Shown: piece by piece, positions 15,339 to 24,945 of the stretch
How the letters are laid out: every line of letters starts with the position of its first letter
Position numbering within the stretch: the stretch's first letter is position 1
Source of the DNA: a virus
Lineage: Duplodnaviria > Caudoviricetes
IMG/VR virus record: IMGVR_UViG_3300010361_000033
Location: 1-28,208 of that record
DNA: 28,208 nucleotides
Reading direction: 5' to 3' (one strand)
The notes under the pieces: generated by a model
Database searches by the model: none
What the model was told of the DNA's origin: nothing
Seen by the model: only the letters and a program-made list of their open reading frames with translations
Translations under genes and position numbers: made by a program

Positions 15339-15599
15339 TCAGTCGGCATCGGGGTAGGCGCCCGGCAGGACATGGATCGCCTCGCGGCCCTGGCCCTTGC
15401 GCTCGACGTTGACACGCGCCACGCACTGCGCGCAGAGCGGCTGCTTGACCGCGCGCTCCGCGCCGCCGGCCTTGGGCTCGACGTCGGGCGGCATGTCGGT
15501 CTCAGGGTCGATCGGCACGCTCGGCACGAGGTCGGGGTCGAAGACGAAGTTGCGCCCACAGAGGAAGCAGGGGCCGAAGCCGATGAAGTTGCCGGTCAC
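15339..15599 (-). CDS. Cys-motif hypothetical protein, 86 aa
   Basis: CFLC...FDPDLVPS...CAQC; GTGA overlap. Confidence 0.75.
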   Translation of the reverse strand: MTGNFIGFGPCFLCGRNFVFDPDLVPSVPIDPETDMPPDVEPKAGGAERAVKQPLCAQCVARVNVERKGQGREAIHVLPGAYPDAD

Positions 15600-15919
15600 T
15601 CACGTATCCCCGCAAAGGCAACGAAGACCAGCTGTCGCGCGCGTTGCTGTGATTCCTCGGAGAGGTCGCACATACCGAGGCTGACCATCGCGCCGAGGAG
15701 ACGCTGCACCGCCTGCCACTCTTGTTGCTCGCTGATCGCGACCCGCGGCGACTCCACAATCTCGATCAGGGCGAGCACCTGACGAGCGAGTGCGTAGGGG
15801 AGGTCACTCGGAGTCTCGCCAAGACCCCCGCCTTGCTCCAGGCGTAGCAGCGCCTCGGCGCCTTCGCGCCAGCGGACGAGCATCTCGGGGAGGTCGAAGA
15901 CCTCGGCCTTGTCATCCAT
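15596..15919 (-). CDS. Hypothetical protein, 107 aa
   Basis: Overlaps both neighbouring genes. Confidence 0.65.
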   Translation of the reverse strand: MDDKAEVFDLPEMLVRWREGAEALLRLEQGGGLGETPSDLPYALARQVLALIEIVESPRVAISEQQEWQAVQRLLGAMVSLGMCDLSEESQQRARQLVFVAFAGIRE

Positions 15920-16259
15920 GCCCGATCCTGTAGGTGCCGTAGGGCGCGCCCGCGGTCGAGAGGCCGACGATCGCCGATAGGCGCCGGTTGACCATCATCT
16001 CGACCTCGGCCTCGGTGAAGCCGTCGTACTCCTCGCCGCCGAGCACTCGACGGGCCCACTGGATTCCGGGCTCGCCGAAGGAGACGACCGCGATGACGTT
16101 CTCGGTGCCCTCGGTCGAGCGGCAGCGATAGACGCCGAGGCGGCGCTCGCGGTCGTTGCGCTGGACGTCGAGCAGGTGCTCGAACTTCTCCTTGGCCTCG
16201 TCCTCGTCGCGGTACCGGCGCGCGATGAAGTAGATGTTGAGGCTCTCGTCCCCCCTCAT
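15912..16259 (-). CDS. Hypothetical protein, 115 aa (MRGDESLNIYF...)
   Basis: GGAGGT RBS before ATG 16259; first gene after the terminator. Confidence 0.75.
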   Translation of the reverse strand: MRGDESLNIYFIARRYRDEDEAKEKFEHLLDVQRNDRERRLGVYRCRSTEGTENVIAVVSFGEPGIQWARRVLGGEEYDGFTEAEVEMMVNRRLSAIVGLSTAGAPYGTYRIGHG

Positions 16260-16322
16260 GTCGGACCTCCGTTCTCGTCGGTAACGGATTGTCCCACCCG
16301 TGCGCGGGACTGTAACACCACG

Positions 16323-16352
16323 AAAAAAGCGAGGGCCCCGAAGGGCCCTCGC
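16323..16352 (-). terminator. Intrinsic terminator of the late operon
   Basis: Minus strand GCGAGGGCCC-TTCG-GGGCCCTCGC-TTTTTT. Confidence 0.93.
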
Positions 16353-16402
16353 GTCACTCACTCACTCACTAGGGTAGCGCCGAAGCACCCCCAGCGAGGC
16401 GG
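16323..16402 (-). ncRNA. Candidate 3'-UTR-derived sRNA complementary to the early-gene leaders
   Basis: UUCG hairpin (16365-16398), unpaired UGAGUGAGUGAC (16353-16364), then the UUCG terminator; the 12-mer is the reverse complement of the early TCAC tracts. Confidence 0.55.
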
Positions 16403-17476
16403 TCAGCTTACCTGGACGCCCGGCGCGCTCACACCCATATGGATATGGGACGGCGTGCCGTACTTCGCGTAGTCGCCGACAGTGCCGAGCGGTTGGCCGG
16501 CCTTGACTGTCTGGCCGACGGCGACACCCTTCGCGTAGCTGCCCATGTGCGTCATGTAGTACGTGCGGCCGTTGTCGCCTTGCACGTAGACCGACCAGCC
16601 GAACGGCCCGTGTGGGCCCTCGGTCGGGCCGTCGGCCGGGTTGTTTCCCGAGAGCTTGACGATCGTCCCCGTGACGGGCGCGACGGCCGGCGAGCCCGCG
16701 GGCGCGAAGAAGTCGTGAGCGGGGAAACCGGGCAGGCCTTCGGTCGGGTGCAGACTGCCGACCGAGGTCAGGTCGCCGGCCCCGATCGGATCGGCCAGCT
16801 TGGTCGTCGTCACCTGCGGCGCCGGGCCGCCCTTCGGAGCGCCACCGAGCGGGACCGAGGTCTTCGGCGCACCACCCTTCGGAGCGCCAAACGCCGTACC
16901 GAGGCCGGGCATCTGACCGCCCATCTCCAAGCCCTGCATGATCCCCTGCGCCAGGTTTCCCGACTGGAGACCACCGAGGACGCCGAGCCCCATCATCGGC
17001 GAGGTCACAGACATCGGCAGGCTCGGACCGGCTGGCAGTGTGCTCGCGGGTAGGGTCGCCTGCGGCGTCGGAGACATGCTCGGCGCGGGTGTAGACGGGC
17101 CGCCGAGAATCTGGGACATGAGCGAGCCTGACGTCCCCCACGGGCTCGCGCCGACTGCACTCGCGACCGCTTGAGGGTTGTTGCCGGCGCGCAGCGCGTC
17201 GATGATCCCGCCGTAGCGGCCATTGTTGAGCGTGTTGATCGTGGCCGCGATCCCCTGACCGGGCGTCGAGTAGTTCTGCACGCCGGCCGTACCGGCGACC
17301 TGGTTGTAGGCCGTCGAGCCCGGCATCGTCTGGGTCGTGTTGAAGGGGTTGTTGAGCGCCGTGCCGCCCTCGGCGCGCTGCCAGGCATCGAGCGCGTTGA
17401 AGTTCGCCCTGGTCTGCGGCGCCCCGACTCCCTGGAGAATCTGCGCTTGCCAGTTGCCGGTGCCCGGTACGGCCAT
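16403..17476 (-). CDS. Virion-associated peptidoglycan hydrolase: lysozyme-like N-domain plus M23 peptidase
   Basis: AWQRAEGG...NNPFNTT (transglycosylase-like); H...AHDFFAPAGSP, YYMTHM, VKAGQPLGTVG and HIHMG (M23); Pro/Gly linker between them. Confidence 0.85.
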   Translation of the reverse strand: MAVPGTGNWQAQILQGVGAPQTRANFNALDAWQRAEGGTALNNPFNTTQTMPGSTAYNQVAGTAGVQNYSTPGQGIAATINTLNNGRYGGIIDALRAGNNPQAVASAVGASPWGTSGSLMSQILGGPSTPAPSMSPTPQATLPASTLPAGPSLPMSVTSPMMGLGVLGGLQSGNLAQGIMQGLEMGGQMPGLGTAFGAPKGGAPKTSVPLGGAPKGGPAPQVTTTKLADPIGAGDLTSVGSLHPTEGLPGFPAHDFFAPAGSPAVAPVTGTIVKLSGNNPADGPTEGPHGPFGWSVYVQGDNGRTYYMTHMGSYAKGVAVGQTVKAGQPLGTVGDYAKYGTPSHIHMGVSAPGVQVS

Positions 17477-17485
17477 CGTCCCTCC

Positions 17486-20400
17486 CTAGCGCGGAGGCGC
17501 CTTCTGGTAGGCCGCCGCCTGGTTGAGCGCGGCCTGGTCGTAGACCCTCGGCGAGAGACCGCCGAGCACGAACTTGAGCCAGATGTTCTGATTCGGATAG
17601 GTCTTGCTCGCGATCGGGGCGCCGAAGAGCGCGTGTGTGACCGCGCCCGGCGCATAGGTCGTCGCCAGCGTCGAGAGCGGCGATTGGGTAATCATCTCCG
17701 ACCTGATCCGCTGGAGGATGTCGCCCTTGAGCGGGAAGCCGCCCTCGTCGCGATGGGTCAAGAGGGACTGCGCGAGAGTGACGGCTGGGCTCGCATAGCT
17801 GATCGCCGGCTCGCTCGGCATCGAGGTTGGGGATCGGAAGAAGCCGACCCCCGAGCGGCCAATCTCGACCGGCGTGGCGAACGGGTTGAGCGAGGCGAGG
17901 TCGATCGCGCGGCCCCAGCCGACGGGCAGCATGTTCTCCTCGTAGGTCGGCCGCGGCCCGAAGGCCCGATTGAGCATCGGGTCGCCCATCTGACCGAGGT
18001 TGGCGAGCGCCGCTGCCTGCATCGGGTGATCGCGCAGGAAACGGCCGGAGTAGACGGTCGCGCCCTTCATCCACGGGTAGACGAAGATCAGGTGGCGCAC
18101 GAAGTCGTGCTCGACCGGACCGAGGTCGCCGAAGTCCACGATCGCTTCCTTCGCCCGCTGGGTGATCTGGACAAGATCGGGCAGCGCCTTGGGATCAGTG
18201 AACAGCCGCTCGAAGTCGGCCTTCGTCCGGTAGCCGAGCGCGTAGGCCTCGTGGAGGAAGGCGGCGCGGCGCGGCATCTTGTCGGCGGCGAGGCCCATGT
18301 AGTGGGCGATCTTCGCCGTCCCGAGCGAGAGCGGGCCCTGGCCGCGACCGCGGAGCACCTGGCCGGCGAAGCCCTGCTCGACGGCATCATCGACGGCCGC
18401 GGTGAGTTCGGGCCCGATGCGCCGTTCGAGCGTGAAGGAGTGTGAGAGGTTCTCTGGCGCGTAGACGCCCTGTTGGATCAGGTTCATCATCACGTTCGAG
18501 GCGGCCTGCACGATCGGGTAGTTGATCTTGAGGTAGATGAGCGCGAGCCGGCCGAGGTTGTTGACCTGATTCGTGCGGCGGATGACCTTCGGCGGTAGCC
18601 GCCAGACGTTCTGGGTCAACTTGTCGCCGAGCGCCTTCGCCGGCACAAACGCGCCCTTGCCTTCCTCGGCTGCGATGCGCAGCTTCTCCATCGTCGCGTC
18701 GTCGGCGATCGCCCAATCGTGGCGGCCGAGGACGTTCTTGGGTGCGTAGTCGGTCATCGCGCCTGCGATCGCGCGGCGCAGGCCGCCGCCCTCGTTGAGA
18801 ACCTCGCGCTCCAGTGGGCCGATGTTCGGATTCTTGAAGTCGCGCATCGCGGCGGCGACGTCCTTGTTCATGTTCTCGGTCGAGATGACCTTGCCGTCAG
18901 TCCAGACGAAGACGTCATCGGGCCGGGTTGGCACGGGCGTCCCCTGGCGCTTCACGCGATCGACCATGCGCCGGATGCCGGCGAGGTCAGCTGCCTCATG
19001 CTGGCGCTCGCCGATCAGTTCGGTGATGTCATTGCGCTCCAGGCCCATTGCCCGCGAGGCGCCGAGAGCGCGGCGGAAGGAGCCCCGCGGGCGAGTGTGG
19101 CCGAACGTCATCGCGCTTGAGACGCGGCCGGTGATCTTGAACAGCGGCGGCTTCGTCGGCGCTCCGGTGAAGATCGGCTTCGCCTCGGACGGAACTTCGG
19201 CACCGCCGACGAACCCCTGTGGCTCGGCTTCGAGCATCTGCCGTCTAGCCGTCGCCTTCTCCAGCCGATCGCGCGCGACTGAGAGCGCCGAACCGAGTCG
19301 CTCGACCGAGGGATGGCCGACACGGAACTCGGTGACGGTGCCGTAGTCGGGCGGGATCGCCTTGCCCCACCCTTGGCGAAGCCGGTCCCATTCGGCGGCG
19401 AGCGCGCGGTGCTCGGAGCCCAATCGTGTGCTCTCGGCGAAGCGCCCCTGGGCGGCCTCGCTCCCCTGCTCTTCGCCCGCTTCGATTGCCGCGCCGGTCT
19501 CGTCCGTGATTTCACTCTGGCGCTGGCGAATCTCAGCCATGCGGTCTCTGATCTGACCGACACGAGTCTGCGCGAGGGACGGTCCGGCGAAGGCCTCTTC
19601 TGGGCTCGGGGTGATCGCGCCGCGCAGCTGGTCAATCTCGTTCTCCCGCTTGAGCCAGGCCTGGACGGCGGGATGATCGGGATTGCGCTCGACGCCCTCA
19701 CCGATCGACCGCTCGATCAGGTTGCGCCGCTCCTGCTTGATCGTCGGCTTGAGCGCGTACTTGAAGCCTCGGGCGCTAGAGCGCCGGCCTGACGCCGTGA
19801 CGCCGGCAGCCTGGAGGCGCGCCTTCTTGTTATTCCAGGTGCGATGGTTGACCTCGGCCTTGTCGATCGGGCCGAACTTCTGATTGGCCATCGCGTCGAG
19901 CGCCTTCTCCTTCTCGCGCTCCAGGTCGTCTAGGCGGGCGATCGCCTCGTCGCGGGTGCGGGGCCGCTCGATCGCCGAGTAGCCGACGTTGCCCTTCTTC
20001 GCGACCTGGCGATCGTAGGCCTTCTGGCGCTCGTTGACGTACTTTGCGGCGGCCTGCTCGGCGTTGCGTGCGGCGATCAGCCCGCGCGGCGCCTTGACGA
20101 ACTTGGCGCCGGCCGCCATCTGTGTCTGGTCGCGGAGCGCCTGCGCCATCTCGTTCTTGTCCATCACCCGCGCGTACTCGATCATCCCCTCACGCGAGCC
20201 GGCCGCCTTCTCCATCGCGGCGTAGGCCTCGGCGAGGCCGGGGTGCTCGGGTGAGATGACAGGGAGACCGTGCTCGTCCTCGGCGAGGTACTGGCCGGCC
20301 TCTTGCGTCCACTTGAGTCGCTGGTGGAGCGCGGCCTCGGCGTCGTTGAGGTTGAGCATGTTGCGCTTCGCTCGATTCTTGGCCACCTTGGTTTTCGCGT

Positions 20401-21505
20401 CGGCGAGCTTCTGGCGGCCTTCGACCAGCTGCTCTTCGATGTCCCTGATCCGACCCTCGGCGACGTCGAGCGTCACCTGGTAGGGGACCTGCTCGGCGGC
20501 GATGCGCAGCACACGGTTCTCGGTGTCGCTCAGGTTGAGCTTGCGCCCGACCTGAATGACACGGTTGCCGGCCTGACGACTAGCGCTCGTGATCGCCTTC
20601 TCGGCGCGCGCGTCCCACTTGGCCGCGCGGCCTGTCTGCCAAGCGGCAGCGCGCGGCCCGACGATGGCGCCCTCGCGGTCGGCGAGTCTTGCGAGCGCGG
20701 CGTCACTGGCCTTCTGTGCCGCCATCCCGAGACCGGCGCGGGAATACTGGCCGGTCGAGACCCTAGCCGGCGCCGGGCCCTCCATGCCGGGCACGAACTC
20801 GTGCGGCGCCGCGCCGGGCTGGATGATCTGGCGCTGGTTGACGAGGTTGCCGCGCGCGTCTCTCAGCCTCGCCGGGTTTGTGAAGAGCGCCTCGGCGACA
20901 CTCGGGCCGCCGACCTCGCCGGCACGAGCGGCACGCAGCGCGCCTGAGGCGGCGCCGACTCGGAACGCAGTGCCGGCGCCCGCGCTCGCGATCGCGGCTA
21001 GATCGGCGGCAGTGAAGACGGGGTTACGCAGTGGGTGGCGAACGTCCTGGGCCATCCCGAGCCCCATGCCTTCGACGTCGGTCTTGAGCGGGTCGGGCTC
21101 GGACAGCCATGTGCTCGGGTGAGTCCACTCGTAGCCCAGCTGCGACCAGGAGGGATGCGTGCCGGGTGCGACCGTATCCTTGGCGATCTTGTAGAGCGCC
21201 GGGAAGAAGTGCTCGCCCATCGACACGACGTCGCGCCCGGAGGCGCGCGTCTCACGGCCGGCAAAGCTCGTGACGTCGCCGACCGCACTTTCCAGCGCGC
21301 CAAGGACACCACCGCCGCCGCCCTTGTGCGCGGTCGCGCGCTTGGCGGCCTTGCGCAGAGCAGCCCTCGGTGCAGGCGCGGGGCCCCACAGCCCCGCGCC
21401 TGGCCCGGTCGGCACGGCGAGAGACGCGCCTGGAGATGGAGCAGCGGGCGCGGGCCCCGGCGAAGCGGCAGCTGGACCCCACATTCCTGTGCCAGGCGCA
21501 GCCAT
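17486..21505 (-). CDS. Large putative internal virion / DNA ejection protein, 1339 aa
   Basis: Ala/Arg-rich helical protein at the podovirus ejection-gene position downstream of adaptor and nozzle. Confidence 0.65.
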   Translation of the reverse strand: MAAPGTGMWGPAAASPGPAPAAPSPGASLAVPTGPGAGLWGPAPAPRAALRKAAKRATAHKGGGGGVLGALESAVGDVTSFAGRETRASGRDVVSMGEHFFPALYKIAKDTVAPGTHPSWSQLGYEWTHPSTWLSEPDPLKTDVEGMGLGMAQDVRHPLRNPVFTAADLAAIASAGAGTAFRVGAASGALRAARAGEVGGPSVAEALFTNPARLRDARGNLVNQRQIIQPGAAPHEFVPGMEGPAPARVSTGQYSRAGLGMAAQKASDAALARLADREGAIVGPRAAAWQTGRAAKWDARAEKAITSASRQAGNRVIQVGRKLNLSDTENRVLRIAAEQVPYQVTLDVAEGRIRDIEEQLVEGRQKLADAKTKVAKNRAKRNMLNLNDAEAALHQRLKWTQEAGQYLAEDEHGLPVISPEHPGLAEAYAAMEKAAGSREGMIEYARVMDKNEMAQALRDQTQMAAGAKFVKAPRGLIAARNAEQAAAKYVNERQKAYDRQVAKKGNVGYSAIERPRTRDEAIARLDDLEREKEKALDAMANQKFGPIDKAEVNHRTWNNKKARLQAAGVTASGRRSSARGFKYALKPTIKQERRNLIERSIGEGVERNPDHPAVQAWLKRENEIDQLRGAITPSPEEAFAGPSLAQTRVGQIRDRMAEIRQRQSEITDETGAAIEAGEEQGSEAAQGRFAESTRLGSEHRALAAEWDRLRQGWGKAIPPDYGTVTEFRVGHPSVERLGSALSVARDRLEKATARRQMLEAEPQGFVGGAEVPSEAKPIFTGAPTKPPLFKITGRVSSAMTFGHTRPRGSFRRALGASRAMGLERNDITELIGERQHEAADLAGIRRMVDRVKRQGTPVPTRPDDVFVWTDGKVISTENMNKDVAAAMRDFKNPNIGPLEREVLNEGGGLRRAIAGAMTDYAPKNVLGRHDWAIADDATMEKLRIAAEEGKGAFVPAKALGDKLTQNVWRLPPKVIRRTNQVNNLGRLALIYLKINYPIVQAASNVMMNLIQQGVYAPENLSHSFTLERRIGPELTAAVDDAVEQGFAGQVLRGRGQGPLSLGTAKIAHYMGLAADKMPRRAAFLHEAYALGYRTKADFERLFTDPKALPDLVQITQRAKEAIVDFGDLGPVEHDFVRHLIFVYPWMKGATVYSGRFLRDHPMQAAALANLGQMGDPMLNRAFGPRPTYEENMLPVGWGRAIDLASLNPFATPVEIGRSGVGFFRSPTSMPSEPAISYASPAVTLAQSLLTHRDEGGFPLKGDILQRIRSEMITQSPLSTLATTYAPGAVTHALFGAPIASKTYPNQNIWLKFVLGGLSPRVYDQAALNQAAAYQKAPPR

Positions 21506-23233
21506 TTACCGGCCGATGTTCCCGAAGACGCTTGACCCGAGGCTGCCGACCCTCGCCGCAGCGGCAGTCAAGCCGCCGTAGGCCTGTTGAATGGCCTTGT
21601 TGAGAATGGCGGGCGGGATCATCGTGCCCGTCGCAGCGTTCTGGGCGCGAACTTCCGCGGGGTTCTTCCCGAGCCCGATGCTCTCGCGAACGAAGTTGCG
21701 AGCCGCGAGCGGGGCCTGCGCAGCCGTGAACGGGACTCCGTTTTGACCTGGTGTCGAATAGGCCGGGTTCGCCTGGAGATACGCGGCGGCTCTCTGGAGA
21801 GCCTGCGGGCCGCCGCCCATCATCGTCGCGATGCTCGCGACCGCCTGGCCATACGGAATCGCCGTAGCGCCATGAGGATTCGTGTTCTGGTCGTAGGTGC
21901 CGGTGCCGGGAACGATCCTCTGGCGGTCGGGCCCACGAACCGACTTGCCGTTCTCGATCTTGTAGGTCGGCACGATCTGGTACTTCGCCGGGCCGCCAGG
22001 CTGGGCCGCGAGCGCGACCGCCTGTTGGATCGACGTGACCATCTTCGCGTTGGCCGCCGTGTTCGCAGCTTGACCGCGCCAGAGGTAGCCGAGCTTCCTG
22101 GCCTGTGCGAGTTGCAGGTTGACGTAGGCGCCGAAGTTGACCGGCTGGCCCTTGAACATAACCCAGCCCGCCGCGAGACTGCCGTCGGGCATCCGGCCAG
22201 TCATGTTGACCTCTTGGCCGATGTTGGCGAGCGTCTGGGCCGTGACCTTGCCGCCGAGGAAGGCGTCTTGGATGCCGAGGTACTTGCCGGCGACCGCGGC
22301 GTTAGTGATCGCGGTCACGCCCGAGATGACGTTGCTCGCGTGCTGCTCGCGCATGTTGGCGGCGAACTGAGCGGCGCTCTGCGCGGCGCCGGCTCTCGCG
22401 CCTACGACATTCGTCAGGTTCTCCAAGGCCGACTGCCTCTGCGCGACCTGCGACTGCAAGACGTTGTTGTAGATCGCCGGGGCCTGCGCCCTGATCGCCG
22501 CGAGCGCGCGCACGTTCTCACCCGAAGCGAGCGACTGCTGGGCCTGGGTGTTCGCGGCCTCGACGCCCAGCTGGTTCGCCGAGGCGATCTGTTGGTTGCG
22601 CGCATTGGACGCGGCGACGATCGCCTGTTGAGCGAGGGACTGGCCGGGCAGGGCGAAGCCGGTCGTGTAGCCGGACGACTGGAGGCCGCTCGGGTCGTAG
22701 AGCCCTTGCACCGAGCCCTGGTTGGTCATCCCCTTCGCCGTCGCGGCGGCCTGGCCCGCGGCGTTCTGCCAGTCCTGGCCGACGGCGCCCGTGATCCCCT
22801 GGCCGAGCGCGCCCATCGTGTTCGCCGCATCGAGGTAGCTCTGCTCGGCGGCCTTCGCGTTGGGATCGGCGAGGCTCGCGAGCGCGAGCGAGAAGCCGGT
22901 CTGGCGGTTGTAGAGGTTGTTGAGGAGTGCGGCCTGGTTGCCGTAGGCGGCCTGTTGGGCGGCGATCTGGGGGTTGATCTGCGCGAGGGCAGACTTCTGC
23001 GCAAAGGCCGACATCGCCGCGGGGCTGTAGTTGGCGAGGTTCGCCTGCGCCGCGCTGACGAGCGGGTTGTATTGCCCCGCCACCGAAGGAGCGGTCGGCG
23101 CCGGCATACCCATGAGATTCGTGAGCGCCGAGGTCAGCTGCGGCATATACATCCCGGTCGGCGAGATGCGGGTCGTGACCGGGGGAAGACCGCCAGTCGG
23201 CGCCGTCGCGCCTGCCGTGTTGATGATCGCCAT
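21506..23233 (-). CDS. Putative ejection protein, 575 aa, Ala/Gln/Gly-rich
   Basis: Low-charge A/Q/G/N composition; TAAATG junctions; position in the operon. Confidence 0.65.
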   Translation of the reverse strand: MAIINTAGATAPTGGLPPVTTRISPTGMYMPQLTSALTNLMGMPAPTAPSVAGQYNPLVSAAQANLANYSPAAMSAFAQKSALAQINPQIAAQQAAYGNQAALLNNLYNRQTGFSLALASLADPNAKAAEQSYLDAANTMGALGQGITGAVGQDWQNAAGQAAATAKGMTNQGSVQGLYDPSGLQSSGYTTGFALPGQSLAQQAIVAASNARNQQIASANQLGVEAANTQAQQSLASGENVRALAAIRAQAPAIYNNVLQSQVAQRQSALENLTNVVGARAGAAQSAAQFAANMREQHASNVISGVTAITNAAVAGKYLGIQDAFLGGKVTAQTLANIGQEVNMTGRMPDGSLAAGWVMFKGQPVNFGAYVNLQLAQARKLGYLWRGQAANTAANAKMVTSIQQAVALAAQPGGPAKYQIVPTYKIENGKSVRGPDRQRIVPGTGTYDQNTNPHGATAIPYGQAVASIATMMGGGPQALQRAAAYLQANPAYSTPGQNGVPFTAAQAPLAARNFVRESIGLGKNPAEVRAQNAATGTMIPPAILNKAIQQAYGGLTAAAARVGSLGSSVFGNIGR

Positions 23234-24268
23234 TTAGATCGCGTTCCTCATCGTCTGGTAGACGCGCGGGTTCGCCTTGAGCATCGCGGCGTTGCCGATC
23301 GCGGCCTTGACCTTGTTGATCGCATTGACCGTCGCCGGGCTCGGGCCCGTCGGCGCCTGGGTGATCGTCGTCGGCCCGAGGTTGACCGTCTTCGGCTGGT
23401 TCTGCGCGGCTTGGTAGGCCGCCATCTGGGAGTTGTAGGCCGCCTGCGCGTTGGCCGTGGCGATGTTCGCCAGCCGGTCGGCGATGTTGCCCTGGAGGTA
23501 GTTCCAGTTGCCGAGTGCGTTCGCGTTGTTCTGGGCCCAGCTGGTGACGTCACCGCCGAGCGCCGAGGCGAGGTTCTGGAGCGAGGCGTTCGCGGCGACG
23601 TCGTATTGGTTCTGGAGGTTGGCCGCAGCAATGTTGGCCGCGCCTGACCGAGCGGCGCCACGGGCGGCCAGCTGCGAGGGGACGTCGGCGAGGCCTCTGG
23701 AGAGTTGGATGCCCAGCTGGGCCTTGTCGCTCATCTGGTTCGCCGAGGCGGCGTCAAGCGTGCCCTGGTCGATCAGCCCGGAGAGGTTCTGGCCGCCGAT
23801 GTTCGAGAGGTTGCCGGTCATCCCCCAGCCGCCCTGGATGACGGCCTGGCGCGCGGCGGCCTGGAGCATGTTCTGGTTGGCCTGGAGCGAGTTCTGGTAG
23901 GAGGTCAGCCCCGATTGGTACATCGGGTCGCTCGTGAGTTCGCGCATGTAGGGCGCGACGTCGAGGGTTGGGGGCGCTACTTGCGAGGCGCCCGCAGCGC
24001 CGCCGGCTCCGAGCGTGCCGGCGCCAGCCCCGGCGCCGATCCCGGCCGCTCCGCTCGGCGCGTAGTTGTTGCCGACACCGATCGCCTGCGAGACGGCGGG
24101 CGTCCCGAGGAAGCCCGTGATCGCCGACTGGCCGGCACCGAGCGCGCCGGTCAGTGGGGCAGGTGGGTTGTAGAGAGTCCTCGGCTTCGGCTGACCGACG
24201 CCGAAGTCCTGCGTCCCGTAGACCGGAAGGTTGCCGGTGTTGTAGCCGGGGACCTTGGTAATCGCCAC
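23234..24268 (-). CDS. Putative ejection/pilot protein, 344 aa
   Basis: AGGAGG RBS and GTG start; A/Q/G/N-rich; DPMYQ and ARGAARSG motifs resemble pilot proteins. Confidence 0.65.
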   Translation of the reverse strand: MAITKVPGYNTGNLPVYGTQDFGVGQPKPRTLYNPPAPLTGALGAGQSAITGFLGTPAVSQAIGVGNNYAPSGAAGIGAGAGAGTLGAGGAAGASQVAPPTLDVAPYMRELTSDPMYQSGLTSYQNSLQANQNMLQAAARQAVIQGGWGMTGNLSNIGGQNLSGLIDQGTLDAASANQMSDKAQLGIQLSRGLADVPSQLAARGAARSGAANIAAANLQNQYDVAANASLQNLASALGGDVTSWAQNNANALGNWNYLQGNIADRLANIATANAQAAYNSQMAAYQAAQNQPKTVNLGPTTITQAPTGPSPATVNAINKVKAAIGNAAMLKANPRVYQTMRNAI

Positions 24269-24276
24269 GCGGCCTC

Positions 24277-24945
24277 CTATCTGACGATGATGAAGTTGAC
24301 GACCTCAAAAGCCGGCGTATCGACCGGCGTGCCCGCAGGACCGTGCGAGTGGACACCCTGCTCGTCGGTATTCGAGTCCACGAGCACGTTTTCGTCCGAG
24401 CCCGCGGTGACGCCCGCGTTCGAGAAGCCCTTGGTCGATGTGTGGTGGATCGGCGTGCGACTGGCGAGCGCCACGCCGTCGTTGAGCCCGAGCGTGGCCA
24501 CCGAGGCGTGGGTGCCCTTCCCGACCGGGACGCGGCCTCGCAGGTCGGGGACGTTGAAGGTCGAGCCCGTCGGCGCGCCGTACTTGACGCCGATCGCGGT
24601 GAACAGGCGCGCGTCGGTCGTCCGGTCGTAGGTCGAGCCGTCGCAGATGTAGGCGCCTGTCGGCGCGACGTCGCCGCCGTAGGGGAGGATCAGCCCGGCC
24701 GGGAAGATGCCGAGCGTGCCTTCGCCGGCTCCGGTGATCCCGAGCGTCTTCTGGAGCCCGATGACCGCGTTCATCGGCAGGCTCAGGTCTGAGCTTTCCA
24801 GGTAGGAGACGAGCCAGGCCTTGAACTCCAGCGGGAAGGAGAGCGGGTCGGAGAAGAGCCGCTGCACCATCTGGAACTCTTGGTCGGTCAGCGGCCGTTG
24901 ATCCGCGGGCCCGGTGTAGCCCGAGCCCCCGATGAGGTTGCTCAT
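24277..24945 (-). CDS. Tail collar domain protein (short fibre)
   Basis: PAGLILPYGG..APTGAYICDG...LFTAIG..YG...TFNVPDLRGR and terminal VVNFII. Confidence 0.9.
   Translation of the reverse strand: MSNLIGGSGYTGPADQRPLTDQEFQMVQRLFSDPLSFPLEFKAWLVSYLESSDLSLPMNAVIGLQKTLGITGAGEGTLGIFPAGLILPYGGDVAPTGAYICDGSTYDRTTDARLFTAIGVKYGAPTGSTFNVPDLRGRVPVGKGTHASVATLGLNDGVALASRTPIHHTSTKGFSNAGVTAGSDENVLVDSNTDEQGVHSHGPAGTPVDTPAFEVVNFIIVR

Noticed and set aside
15595-15603. Extra GTCACTCAC copy
   Set aside because: Explained by a GAG codon followed by the GTGA stop/start overlap on the minus strand; no hairpin or RBS context.
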